From a virus (lineage: Duplodnaviria; Caudoviricetes): a DNA stretch of 64,000 nt. The translations under genes were made by a program, and so were the position numbers. Below are positions 18,828 to 26,581 of the stretch, piece after piece. Under the pieces are notes generated by a model, which had not been told where the DNA came from, made no database searches, and saw only the letters and a list, made by a program, of their open reading frames with translations. The DNA lies in IMG/VR virus record IMGVR_UViG_3300020388_000010. One strand, 5' to 3'. Position 1 is the first letter of the stretch; every line of letters begins with the position of its first letter.

Positions 18828-18835
18828 TATAAATA
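18828..18835 (+). promoter_or_regulatory. T4-type late promoter upstream of iscA
   Basis: TATAAATA. Confidence 0.65.
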
Positions 18836-18845
18836 TATTTAAGGA

Positions 18846-19172
18846 TTGTTTATGATTACTATAACAGAAAACGCAAAAAAATACTTGTACGACATTGCAA
18901 AAAAGAACGACAAGAAGTTTGTTTCTTTTGGTGTAAGTGGTGGTGGTTGTGCTGGTTTCAGTTACAAGTGGGATTATATAGATGAGCCTGATAAAGGACA
19001 TACTATATTTCACATAAAAGACGAAGTATCACTTGCAGTAGATAAAGTTGCAGAGATGTATATAATGGGTGCTGAAATAGATTATGTACAAGAGATAATG
19101 GGTAGTTTCCTAAAAATAAATAATCCACTCACAAAGTCAAGTTGTGGTTGTGGAGAATCTTTTAGTGTTTAA
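18846..19172 (+). CDS. iscA: A-type Fe-S carrier protein (IscA/HesB family)
   Basis: ITITENA, GGGCAGFSY, IDY, NP..SCGCGESF. Confidence 0.95.
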   Translation: MFMITITENAKKYLYDIAKKNDKKFVSFGVSGGGCAGFSYKWDYIDEPDKGHTIFHIKDEVSLAVDKVAEMYIMGAEIDYVQEIMGSFLKINNPLTKSSCGCGESFSV

Positions 19173-19470
19173 AAATGTGTTAACTGCAATATTGTTTAGA
19201 ATATTTGTAACAACGATAATATTTTTAATTATATGTTTCACTATTGGGGTTGCAGTATCAAGAGGAATAGACCCTAGTAAGGGTAGATATTATGGAGAAC
19301 GAAAAGAGTATTATGTATTTTGTAGAATATATGATGAGAAATTAGATAGAAGTAGAAAAGATGAAGAAAGAAAATGTTTTTATGAGTGTAGTGATAAAGA
19401 AACCGTTGTTGTTACAACAAGCATAGGTTATCCTTGTCAAAATAGTATTACAGAGAAGAGAAAACCATAA
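19144..19470 (+). CDS. Hypothetical exported Cys-containing protein (start uncertain)
   Basis: TM/signal segment followed by four Cys. Confidence 0.55.
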   Translation: MVVENLLVFKNVLTAILFRIFVTTIIFLIICFTIGVAVSRGIDPSKGRYYGERKEYYVFCRIYDEKLDRSRKDEERKCFYECSDKETVVVTTSIGYPCQNSITEKRKP

Positions 19471-19503
19471 ATATATATGCAATAACTATTGTAGGAGTTT
19501 TAA

Positions 19504-19896
19504 ATGGCGTACAGTAAACAATTATTAGACCATTATGAGAACCCAAGAAATGTTGGGACTTTAGATAAAAATAAGAAAAATGTAGGTACTGGTTTGGTAG
19601 GAGCGCCAGCGTGTGGTGATGTTATGAAACTTCAGATAGAAGTTAATGACAAAGGTACAATAACAGATGCAAAATTTAAAACATTTGGATGTGGTTCTGC
19701 AATAGCCAGTAGTTCGCTAGTTACTGAGTGGCTGAAAGGAGCTCACATTGACGATGCACAATCAATTAAAAACACCGAGATTGCAACCGAACTTGCACTT
19801 CCCCCAGTTAAGATACATTGTTCAGTTCTTGCTGAAGATGCTGTCAAGTCTGCGATCTCTGATTATAAAAGAAAGTGCAGTTGTGATGATAGCTAG
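19504..19896 (+). CDS. iscU: Fe-S cluster scaffold IscU
   Basis: MAYS..LLDHYENPRNVG, GAPACGDVM, FKTFGCGSAIAS, LPPVKIHCS. Confidence 0.98.
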   Translation: MAYSKQLLDHYENPRNVGTLDKNKKNVGTGLVGAPACGDVMKLQIEVNDKGTITDAKFKTFGCGSAIASSSLVTEWLKGAHIDDAQSIKNTEIATELALPPVKIHCSVLAEDAVKSAISDYKRKCSCDDS

Positions 19897-20026
19897 TTCA
19901 TTCTGTTCAAATTGTGGCCACGATTCTCATTGTGGAACAAGGTATGTAGATGACATAGACAGAAGTGGAAATGAAATAGAAATTTGTAAGTATTGTAGAT
20001 GTGAAAAATGCCAAGACAGAGATTAA
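19886..20026 (+). CDS. Small Cys/His-rich metal-binding protein
   Basis: CSNCGHDSHCG...ICKYCRCEKC; start moved from the track's 19748. Confidence 0.65.
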   Translation: MIASSFCSNCGHDSHCGTRYVDDIDRSGNEIEICKYCRCEKCQDRD

Positions 20027-20217
20027 AGGGACAAAAACCCATAGAATCGTTTGACATTTTTCACGGATATGACCAAGATTTGAATACTTGGTTTGTGGAA
20101 ATTCAGATACCGAAATTCGGTAGTGGACAAATATTAGAATGGTTTAAAACAGAAGAGGCATACGAAAAGAGAATTAAAGAATTAAGGTACACATTGTATG
20201 ATATACAATGGGATTAA
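20008..20217 (+). CDS. Hypothetical protein
   Basis: ORF in operon. Confidence 0.6.
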   Translation: MPRQRLKGQKPIESFDIFHGYDQDLNTWFVEIQIPKFGSGQILEWFKTEEAYEKRIKELRYTLYDIQWD

Positions 20218-20278
20218 TTTCTTTACTTTTTGTATGCCTCATTATTACTCTTATGTGGAGAGATTAACACATAATTAG

Positions 20279-20286
20279 TATAAATA
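20279..20286 (+). promoter_or_regulatory. T4-type late promoter upstream of the leader ORF and sdhB
   Basis: TATAAATA. Confidence 0.65.
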
Positions 20287-20374
20287 GTAGTACCATCCAT
20301 ATGGTTCAAAAGTGGCTGATAGTCCATCAGTTAAAAGGGCGTAATGTTCAAATTAATAGCAAAAGGAGAATATT

Positions 20375-20491
20375 ATGCAAATTACAAAGAACATAATAAA
20401 ATTTAATAGCTTTCTAATAAGTATTCCTAGACAAATGAAGGGTCTGTGGGATAAATCTGAAAACCGTTGGGGTTATAAACCAAAAAAATAA
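20375..20491 (+). CDS. 38-aa ORF preceding sdh[39 protein letters not shown] (not in track)
   Basis: Strong AAGGAG RBS; its stop is 1 nt before the sdhB ATG. Confidence 0.7.
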   Translation: MQITKNIIKFNSFLISIPRQMKGLWDKSENRWGYKPKK

Positions 20492-20492
20492 T

Positions 20493-21239
20493 ATGTTTGA
20501 ACTACCTAATAATTCAAAGATAATGAAAGGTAAATCGTTTGGAACTAAAAAGAATTTAGTTGTAAACATTTATCGTTGGAATCGTGAAAGTGGAAATAAT
20601 CCTAGTATTGACACTTATCATTTAGATAAATCAAAAATGGGGCCTATGTTGTTAGATGCGATTATGCACATTAAAAACAATGTAGACCCCACACTTACAT
20701 TTAGAAGAAGTTGTAGAGAGGGTATTTGTGGTAGTTGTTCTATGAACATCAATGGTACAAATACTCTTGCGTGTTTAACACCTATTGATAAGAAAGAATA
20801 CAACATCTATCCATTACCACATATGAGTGTCATAAAAGATTTGGTTGTGGACTTAGAACCATTCTTTGAACAATACAAAAGTATCAAACCATATGTCGTT
20901 ACTGGTAAGAAACCTAAAAAAGAACATATACAATTACCAGAGGATAGAAAAAAGTTAGACGGATTGTATGAGTGTATATTATGTGCCTGTTGTTCTACCT
21001 CGTGTCCTAGTTATTGGTGGAATAGTGATAAGTTTCTAGGGCCTGCAATACTACTACAAGCATATCGTTTCATAGTAGATAGTAGAGATAAGAATAAAAA
21101 AGAAAGACTTAAACAATTAAACGATGCATTTAAATTATATCGTTGTCATACTATAATGAACTGTACCAAGACTTGTCCTAAAGGTCTTAATCCAGCGAAA
21201 GCGATTTCTGAAATCAAGAAATTACAAGTGTCAAATTAA
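20493..21239 (+). CDS. sdhB: Succinate dehydrogenase iron-sulfur subunit
   Basis: [59 protein letters not shown]; alpha-type LPNNSKI N-terminus. Confidence 0.98.
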   Translation: MFELPNNSKIMKGKSFGTKKNLVVNIYRWNRESGNNPSIDTYHLDKSKMGPMLLDAIMHIKNNVDPTLTFRRSCREGICGSCSMNINGTNTLACLTPIDKKEYNIYPLPHMSVIKDLVVDLEPFFEQYKSIKPYVVTGKKPKKEHIQLPEDRKKLDGLYECILCACCSTSCPSYWWNSDKFLGPAILLQAYRFIVDSRDKNKKERLKQLNDAFKLYRCHTIMNCTKTCPKGLNPAKAISEIKKLQVSN

Positions 21240-21288
21240 AAAGACCGTCATTTTCTTGACATCTAATAAATATTATTAGGAGAGAGAA

Positions 21289-21432
21289 ATGTTAGAAATA
21301 ATCAATTCATTATGGCCTATGTTTATAGGTTTTATAACACTAGTAGTAGTGTTATCACAAATGTATATGAGAATCCAAGTATTAGAAGAAAAGGTTAAAA
21401 CCCTTTTTGACTTACACAATAAATCCAAGTAA
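21289..21432 (+). CDS. Small single-TM protein (not in track)
   Basis: AGGAG RBS; MLEIINSLWPMFIGFITLVVVLSQMYMRIQVLEEKVKTLFDLHNKSK. Confidence 0.65.
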   Translation: MLEIINSLWPMFIGFITLVVVLSQMYMRIQVLEEKVKTLFDLHNKSK

Positions 21433-21548
21433 GTTGTAGTTCTACAACAATCCAAAAATAATTTAAAATAATTTAAAAAAAGACTTGACTTGTTATTAAA
21501 ACAATGTTAAGATCAAGACATAATCAAGAAAGAAAGGCAATAATAATT

Positions 21549-21824
21549 ATGAAAGAAAGTTATAAAATGAATCAAATGGAAAGAATAGAACACAAAAAAA
21601 AGATTGAGAAGTGGTCTAAGGATAATGTACAAAAATTACTAATGGGTAATGATTGGTTAAAGAGTGGTGAGTATACACCAAGTAGAAAACTACAAGAAAA
21701 TGTTAGTTGGTTTGAATTAGAATCAATGTCATTGAATAAGTTTTTAGAACTTGCAGATTTAGTTACAGCTGAGTCGCCAGGAACTTATACTTTAAATGAT
21801 TTAGTTAGAAAATTAGCAAAATAA
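21549..21824 (+). CDS. Early hypothetical protein
   Basis: Follows a promoter cassette; start moved from 21504. Confidence 0.65.
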   Translation: MKESYKMNQMERIEHKKKIEKWSKDNVQKLLMGNDWLKSGEYTPSRKLQENVSWFELESMSLNKFLELADLVTAESPGTYTLNDLVRKLAK

Positions 21825-21899
21825 TTTAAAAAAAGACTTGACATTGTTGTCAAAACATAGTACAATATAAACATAATCAAAAAAGAAAGAGAAAAAAAT

Positions 21900-22316
21900 A
21901 TGAAAAGTTATGTAAGTTTAGAGAGAGCTAAATCAGTTGACAAAGATACATTGATTGATAGTGCATTTAAAAAGTTCAACAAACAAAATGTTGACAAGAA
22001 CGGCGACTATATCAAGTATAGTGATTTAGAACAAAACTTTGACGGAGTTACTCAAATGTATGAGGGTCTTAATGAGTTAGAAGATGCATTGATTGATTAC
22101 ATTGAAGTTATACAAACTGTTAAAGGTGTAGTTAAGGATAAGTTAAAAGACGGAAACTTCAAAACTGATGATAAGGTTAAAGACAAGTTGTTCTATGAAG
22201 TTCAAGATTTACAAACTTATGCAAATCAATGGTTGCCTGATTATTCTGGTAATGTTGTTAGTGGTTTTAACAAACTTGTTGGAGATACTGACGAAGAACA
22301 TTTTCACCAACTTTAA
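21900..22316 (+). CDS. Early hypothetical protein
   Basis: Follows a promoter cassette. Confidence 0.7.
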   Translation: MKSYVSLERAKSVDKDTLIDSAFKKFNKQNVDKNGDYIKYSDLEQNFDGVTQMYEGLNELEDALIDYIEVIQTVKGVVKDKLKDGNFKTDDKVKDKLFYEVQDLQTYANQWLPDYSGNVVSGFNKLVGDTDEEHFHQL

Positions 22317-22385
22317 TAAAAAAAGACTTGACAATGTTCTTAAAACAAAGTATAATAGTAATATAATCAAGAAAGAAAGGTAATT

Positions 22386-22610
22386 ATGAATAAAAAAGAT
22401 GCACTAAAATGTATAGATTTAGTTCTAAATGAACAAGCAAGTTTAGCTGGTCAATATCCAGAGGGAAATTACTATGGAGAATTTGCAGTTATTTGTAAGA
22501 AGTATAACATTGACCCAGAAACACATTGGGAAAATGTTTTAGATGGAATGTATAACCCAGATGTAGAAGGTTATACTGTTAACAATGGAGGTGAATATGT
22601 CAAAAACTAG
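22386..22610 (+). CDS. Early hypothetical protein
   Basis: Follows a promoter cassette, AAGG RBS. Confidence 0.65.
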   Translation: MNKKDALKCIDLVLNEQASLAGQYPEGNYYGEFAVICKKYNIDPETHWENVLDGMYNPDVEGYTVNNGGEYVKN

Positions 22611-22961
22611 AAGAGTTTGGAAAAATTTGGGTTATCCCCACTATGCAAGTAGAAAGTTTACACCAGAAGAATACAAGGTGTATGTAAAGAACAATAACAA
22701 GATTTTTGAGTATACAGGCGAGGACAATATCGTATCTGTTACTGAAAAAGAATATAAACTACCATTTTAAAGAGGACAATATGAACGAAGATGAAATGAA
22801 AATCACATTACCTCCAGTTTATTGGAATCAATATAGACTACAAAAAGTAATCAACAAAGAAATTGATACTCTTGTAGACAATAAAATCATAGATAAAAAT
22901 GATTTTTAACTTGACATTGTTGTTAAAACATAGTATAATATTAATATAATGAAAAAAGAAA

Positions 22962-23174
22962 GTGAGTAAAATTATGACAAAAAGAATGGAAGCTGGTTAT
23001 ACAGTAGAAGAAATACAAGATATTATTCAAGGTGCAATAGATACTGCCAATGACGATAAAGGTTATGGAGTAGAAGGTGCATTAGATGATTTGTATTCTT
23101 TGGTGCAAGATTTAGATGAACACCAAAACATTGAGATACCATTAGTTGGTGAGGGTAATAGTGCCACTCAGTAA
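22962..23174 (+). CDS. Early hypothetical acidic protein
   Basis: Follows a promoter cassette. Confidence 0.6.
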   Translation: MSKIMTKRMEAGYTVEEIQDIIQGAIDTANDDKGYGVEGALDDLYSLVQDLDEHQNIEIPLVGEGNSATQ

Positions 23175-23287
23175 TCAAAAAAAGGTTCAGTTGTTGAACA
23201 AGATATACAATGACATTGACAAAGCACTATTGAAACAAGATTTCAGTAGAATAAAAACATTACAAAAAAGAAAGAGTAGATTATATA

Positions 23288-23644
23288 ATGATTAACAGTA
23301 GTAATTATGAGAATCAAAAGAAATTAGGTATACCATTTTTTGCAGTACCTAATACATTTAAACATTTCACAGACCCAGGCCACGGTTGGTATAGGGTATC
23401 AAGAGAGATGTTATTTAAAATGGATATACTAGATAAGATTTCTAGTTATTCATATCAAAAAGGTGATTGGGTTTATTTAGAAGAAGATTGTGATGCAACG
23501 ATATTCTTTGATAGGTATAAAGAGTTATTTGGTGATGAGTATCAAATCAAAATCACTCAGAATATCGCAAACAATATGAGTTCTATAAGATACTACCATC
23601 ATTTTCAGATGGGTGTTGGTAGTGGTATTCCTAAACCGATTTAG
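23288..23644 (+). CDS. Conserved phage/mobile-element hypothetical protein
   Basis: TDPGHGW.V, ISSYSY, VYLEEDCDA motif set. Confidence 0.7.
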   Translation: MINSSNYENQKKLGIPFFAVPNTFKHFTDPGHGWYRVSREMLFKMDILDKISSYSYQKGDWVYLEEDCDATIFFDRYKELFGDEYQIKITQNIANNMSSIRYYHHFQMGVGSGIPKPI

Positions 23645-23676
23645 AGTAAGAAAATTTTTCACATATACATATTAGT

Positions 23677-23859
23677 ATGGGAAGAATAATATCATTCGCC
23701 GAACACCGAGAGAGGATTAAACTAGAGAAGATAAGAGAGCATCTTAATACTTCTTTAGGACTTAATCTCTCACAGAAATCGGTGAAGTTTTTATTCACAC
23801 CCCCAGACGACATAATGGAGAAATGGTATGACAAGCCCAAAGAAGTCAAAGATACTTAA
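23677..23859 (+). CDS. Hypothetical protein
   Basis: ORF on the coding strand. Confidence 0.5.
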   Translation: MGRIISFAEHRERIKLEKIREHLNTSLGLNLSQKSVKFLFTPPDDIMEKWYDKPKEVKDT

Positions 23860-23936
23860 TTTCAAACACGCTCAGAATCGTAAGTTTAACGAGGACAACA
23901 CAGTTGAATTTACAACAGATGATGAGGAATTGACAT

Positions 23937-24155
23937 TTGAATTTGAATTGGAAGAAGATGAAAAGGATAATATTCACTAAACAAAAAGAGTGTTTATTTC
24001 TTGACATATATGCGAATACTGTTGGGTTAGTCTATGACCCAGAGGAAAATTCATTTGCACGAGAAGTATTCTGTATAGATGCAAGTAATATGAGATATAT
24101 TGAACAGCAGATGAGTCTACACGGATTTCGTAGAATGTATAACCTAATGAGTTAA
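23937..24155 (+). CDS. Hypothetical protein (start uncertain)
   Basis: ORF on the coding strand. Confidence 0.5.
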   Translation: MNLNWKKMKRIIFTKQKECLFLDIYANTVGLVYDPEENSFAREVFCIDASNMRYIEQQMSLHGFRRMYNLMS

Positions 24156-24165
24156 GGAGAGAGAA

Positions 24166-24351
24166 ATGGGTTATGAGGATATTCATAGAGGAGTAACCAA
24201 AATTTTACAAGACACTAAAGAGAAAACAATCAAAGTTACAAAAGAAGTTGTTAGTTGTGATAACGGACACCCAGTGGTATATATTAATGTACCATTTGAT
24301 CAGATAATGAGATGTCCTTATTGTAATCTCGCATATGAGAGAATAAAATGA
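24166..24351 (+). CDS. zf-CHCC zinc-finger protein (NDUFS6/NUMM-like)
   Basis: VVSCD.GHPVVYI......CPYC; AGGAG RBS. Confidence 0.85.
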   Translation: MGYEDIHRGVTKILQDTKEKTIKVTKEVVSCDNGHPVVYINVPFDQIMRCPYCNLAYERIK

Positions 24352-24497
24352 AGTGGAATAAACCAAGTATAGAAGAGAAACAATTAGGTCAGTTTTCAGA
24401 CAAACCTAAGAAACCAAAAGAAATAAACGGCCCTAACGGACTAGAACCCACTCGGTATGGAGATTGGGAACGCAAGGGTATATGTTATGATTTCTAA
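24348..24497 (+). CDS. DUF1674 / succinate dehydrogenase assembly factor 4 (SDHAF4/Sdh8)-like protein (not in track)
   Basis: MKWNKPSIEEKQLGQFSDKPKKPKEINGPNGLEPTRYGDWERKGICYDF*, with the hallmark EPTRYGDWERKG...DF; ATGA overlap with zf-CHCC. Confidence 0.93.
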   Translation: MKWNKPSIEEKQLGQFSDKPKKPKEINGPNGLEPTRYGDWERKGICYDF

Positions 24498-24599
24498 ACT
24501 GATTGGTGGATTTAAAGAAGGATATGAAATGACAAACTTTGAAGGTAACCCAGATAATTGGAATGGTAAAGGTGATAAGAATGGATATACTGAGGGTAA

Positions 24600-25154
24600 A
24601 TGGTTAGCACAAAGAAAGAGATAAACTTTATAGAATCGTATACTTGCGATTTAGATTTTTCTTTCCTTAGACAAAAACACGAGTATCTCGTAGAGGGAGT
24701 CGTAAAGACTCATTATGGTCTAGAGGTAGATAAATCAGTAAAGAGTTGTAAAGAATACGGAATCAATCCAGAGAGTCCGTTAATCGTTCCTTATCGTAAT
24801 CATTTACAAGAATGCCTAAACGATTATGTACAGAAGTATGACCTACTAAACAAACACCCACATTTTAATATCTATGATGTAATCAATTATCAACGATATG
24901 ATAAGGGAGAAGGATATTATGATTGGCACTTTGAGAACTTTGACTGTGGTCGTGTAATCGTGTTTATGACTTATCTTACGAATACATCTGATGCCGGAAC
25001 TGAATTTCTCTATCAGAATATAAAGACTGAATGTGTTAAGGGAACAACTATATTATGGCCTGCGTATTGGACTCATACTCATAGAGGTATTATATCAAAA
25101 AAACATAGAAAAGAGATATTAACTGGTTGGTTCTCTACTAGAGCTCCGTCCTAG
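24600..25154 (+). CDS. 2OG-Fe(II) oxygenase
   Basis: WHFE, FMTYL, GTEF, LWPAYWTHTHRG, KEILTGW. Confidence 0.88.
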   Translation: MVSTKKEINFIESYTCDLDFSFLRQKHEYLVEGVVKTHYGLEVDKSVKSCKEYGINPESPLIVPYRNHLQECLNDYVQKYDLLNKHPHFNIYDVINYQRYDKGEGYYDWHFENFDCGRVIVFMTYLTNTSDAGTEFLYQNIKTECVKGTTILWPAYWTHTHRGIISKKHRKEILTGWFSTRAPS

Positions 25155-25332
25155 AGATACATTGACTGCGTACCACGACATTTCTGTTATTTTCATCAAT
25201 AAATGCAAGGTTAAAGATGTATTCTAACTCTAAACATATTTGATGTGATTCCATATACATTTCAATAGAATAAGACTTACTTTCTTCTTCAAACGATATA
25301 AAAACAATAAGTGCGAGAATAAATGACTGCAT
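25138..25332 (-). CDS. Small secreted two-Cys protein in inverted orientation
   Basis: Signal-like N-terminus, ESHQIC...SQC; late-promoter-like CTAAATA upstream. Confidence 0.55.
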   Translation of the reverse strand: MQSFILALIVFISFEEESKSYSIEMYMESHQICLELEYIFNLAFIDENNRNVVVRSQCISRTEL

Positions 25333-25530
25333 AGTTCTATTTAGTTCATTTCCGTAAGAATATTAAAAAGGTTAAAATAAAGTGTATGTGGTGTTCATTT
25401 GATTTCAACATTTATCGTTGCAAAAATACAACAACTCTGAGAAAAATTACGAAAAAAATAAAATAACACTTGACTTGTTCTTAAAACAATGGTACTATAG
25501 AGACATAATTAAAAAAGAAAGGGAATAATT

Positions 25531-25839
25531 ATGTTTAATTTTGTAACAAATCGTGAATACACTGGTCAGAACTATGATGTGCTGAGCGCTTCTGGTAAAG
25601 GTGAAGAGTTTGCTGGATTCCATCAAGGTAAGAAATTCTTTGGTGTAAAGGGAACTGACCTTAAAGGTATCAAGGCAGCCGCCGCTGTGATGTTCGTTGT
25701 TAAGAAAACGAAGGAAGATGGAGATGAGTCTAAGTCTATTAGATATAAGTCTGTGTTTGCAAAGTCTGACTTTGAACAAGCGATTGCTCGTAATAAGGTT
25801 CTTAATCCGAATAGGAAAGTAGAAACTATTTCTGAGTAG
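25531..25839 (+). CDS. ArdC-like N-terminal ssDNA-binding domain protein
   Basis: NFVTNREYTGQN, FAGFHQ, KG, YKSVF match the ArdC/DUF1738 pattern. Confidence 0.6.
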   Translation: MFNFVTNREYTGQNYDVLSASGKGEEFAGFHQGKKFFGVKGTDLKGIKAAAAVMFVVKKTKEDGDESKSIRYKSVFAKSDFEQAIARNKVLNPNRKVETISE

Positions 25840-25907
25840 AGGCCTTGACAAGGGGCCCTACTTAGTGTTATACTATACTTGTATTTAATGAGAAAGGTTT
25901 AAATAAT

Positions 25908-26144
25908 ATGTATGAAACAGATAGATATAAACCATTAGGTTTAACATTGAATCAAAGATTAAACTTTGTATATAACAATGGTATCTCAGATGATATTAAA
26001 CTGTCTGGTACTGTGAAAGAAATAGTATGTACAGACAAAAATGGAAAGAAGTTCTCCTATGTTGAGGTTCTTTCTGATAATGGTCTAGCTCACTTTCTAG
26101 TACCCAACTCAAATGGTGAGTGGCAGTCAACGGCAGAATACTAA
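25908..26144 (+). CDS. Hypothetical protein
   Basis: sigma70 promoter and GAAAGG RBS upstream. Confidence 0.6.
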   Translation: MYETDRYKPLGLTLNQRLNFVYNNGISDDIKLSGTVKEIVCTDKNGKKFSYVEVLSDNGLAHFLVPNSNGEWQSTAEY

Positions 26145-26156
26145 GAGGTTAGGGTT

Positions 26157-26216
26157 AGAAGTCTTACTGGAGCTCTTCGGAGTTAGGTGTTTTCGGAACA
26201 CACTGCATAGACTTCT
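26157..26216 (+). ncRNA. Unassigned structured RNA (three-way junction with two UUCG hairpins)
   Basis: AGAAGTCT/AGACTTCT closing stem, AGCTC-TTCG-GAGTT and GTGTT-TTCG-GAACAC hairpins, intergenic. Confidence 0.6.
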
Positions 26217-26395
26217 CTTACTTATGGGTGGGGGTCAAAACTGACAACAGTTTGGTAATCTATAAATGCAATAAAGATACGGAGAACTATTTTGGTTAAT
26301 AAAGAAGATATACTGAAAAGAATTAAAAGGGATATGAGAGATAAAGGGTTTCTCAATAAATATAGTGGGTGTATGACTAAGAAAAGGAATGACAA

Positions 26396-26557
26396 ATGAA
26401 CTGTTGGCATTGTGATACAGAATTAATCTGGGGAGGCGACCACGACATATCAGAAGATAACGAAGACTATCAGATGGTTACGAATCTATCGTGTCAGAAC
26501 TGTGGATGTCTGGTAGAGGTTTACCTACCCCACCCCCCTAAAACTGAGAGTAATTGA
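26396..26557 (+). CDS. Small zinc-ribbon protein (not in track)
   Basis: MNCWHCDTELIWGGDHD...TNLSCQNCG.LVEVY. Confidence 0.75.
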   Translation: MNCWHCDTELIWGGDHDISEDNEDYQMVTNLSCQNCGCLVEVYLPHPPKTESN

Positions 26558-26581
26558 TTTGCACTACCCTATATATAAAAT

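Larger units (their letters stand above)
21470..25525 (+). repeat. Family of five near-identical early promoter cassettes (-35 at 21485, 21838, 22328, 22911, 25470)
   Basis: A-tract, CTTGAC[AT], TGTT-N5-AACA, -10 box, then ATAAT..AAAGAAAG, repeated before small ORFs. Confidence 0.9.

Noticed and set aside
20300-20372. SAM-II/SAM-V riboswitch upstream of sdhB
   Set aside because: Only superficial GCTGAT and AAAAGG words; the helix topology does not match
18846-21239. Host chromosomal contamination (isc/sdh operon)
   Set aside because: Genes are not in bacterial operon context (no iscS/hscAB/sdhACD), are interleaved with phage ORFs and carry T4-type late promoters; read-level confirmation is still desirable
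21470-22960. Repeats as a CRISPR or mini-array
   Set aside because: Units are degenerate promoters separated by whole genes of variable length
26157-26216. Hammerhead ribozyme, tRNA or terminator
   Set aside because: Lacks the CUGAnGA/GAAA core, a cloverleaf with CCA, and a U-tract
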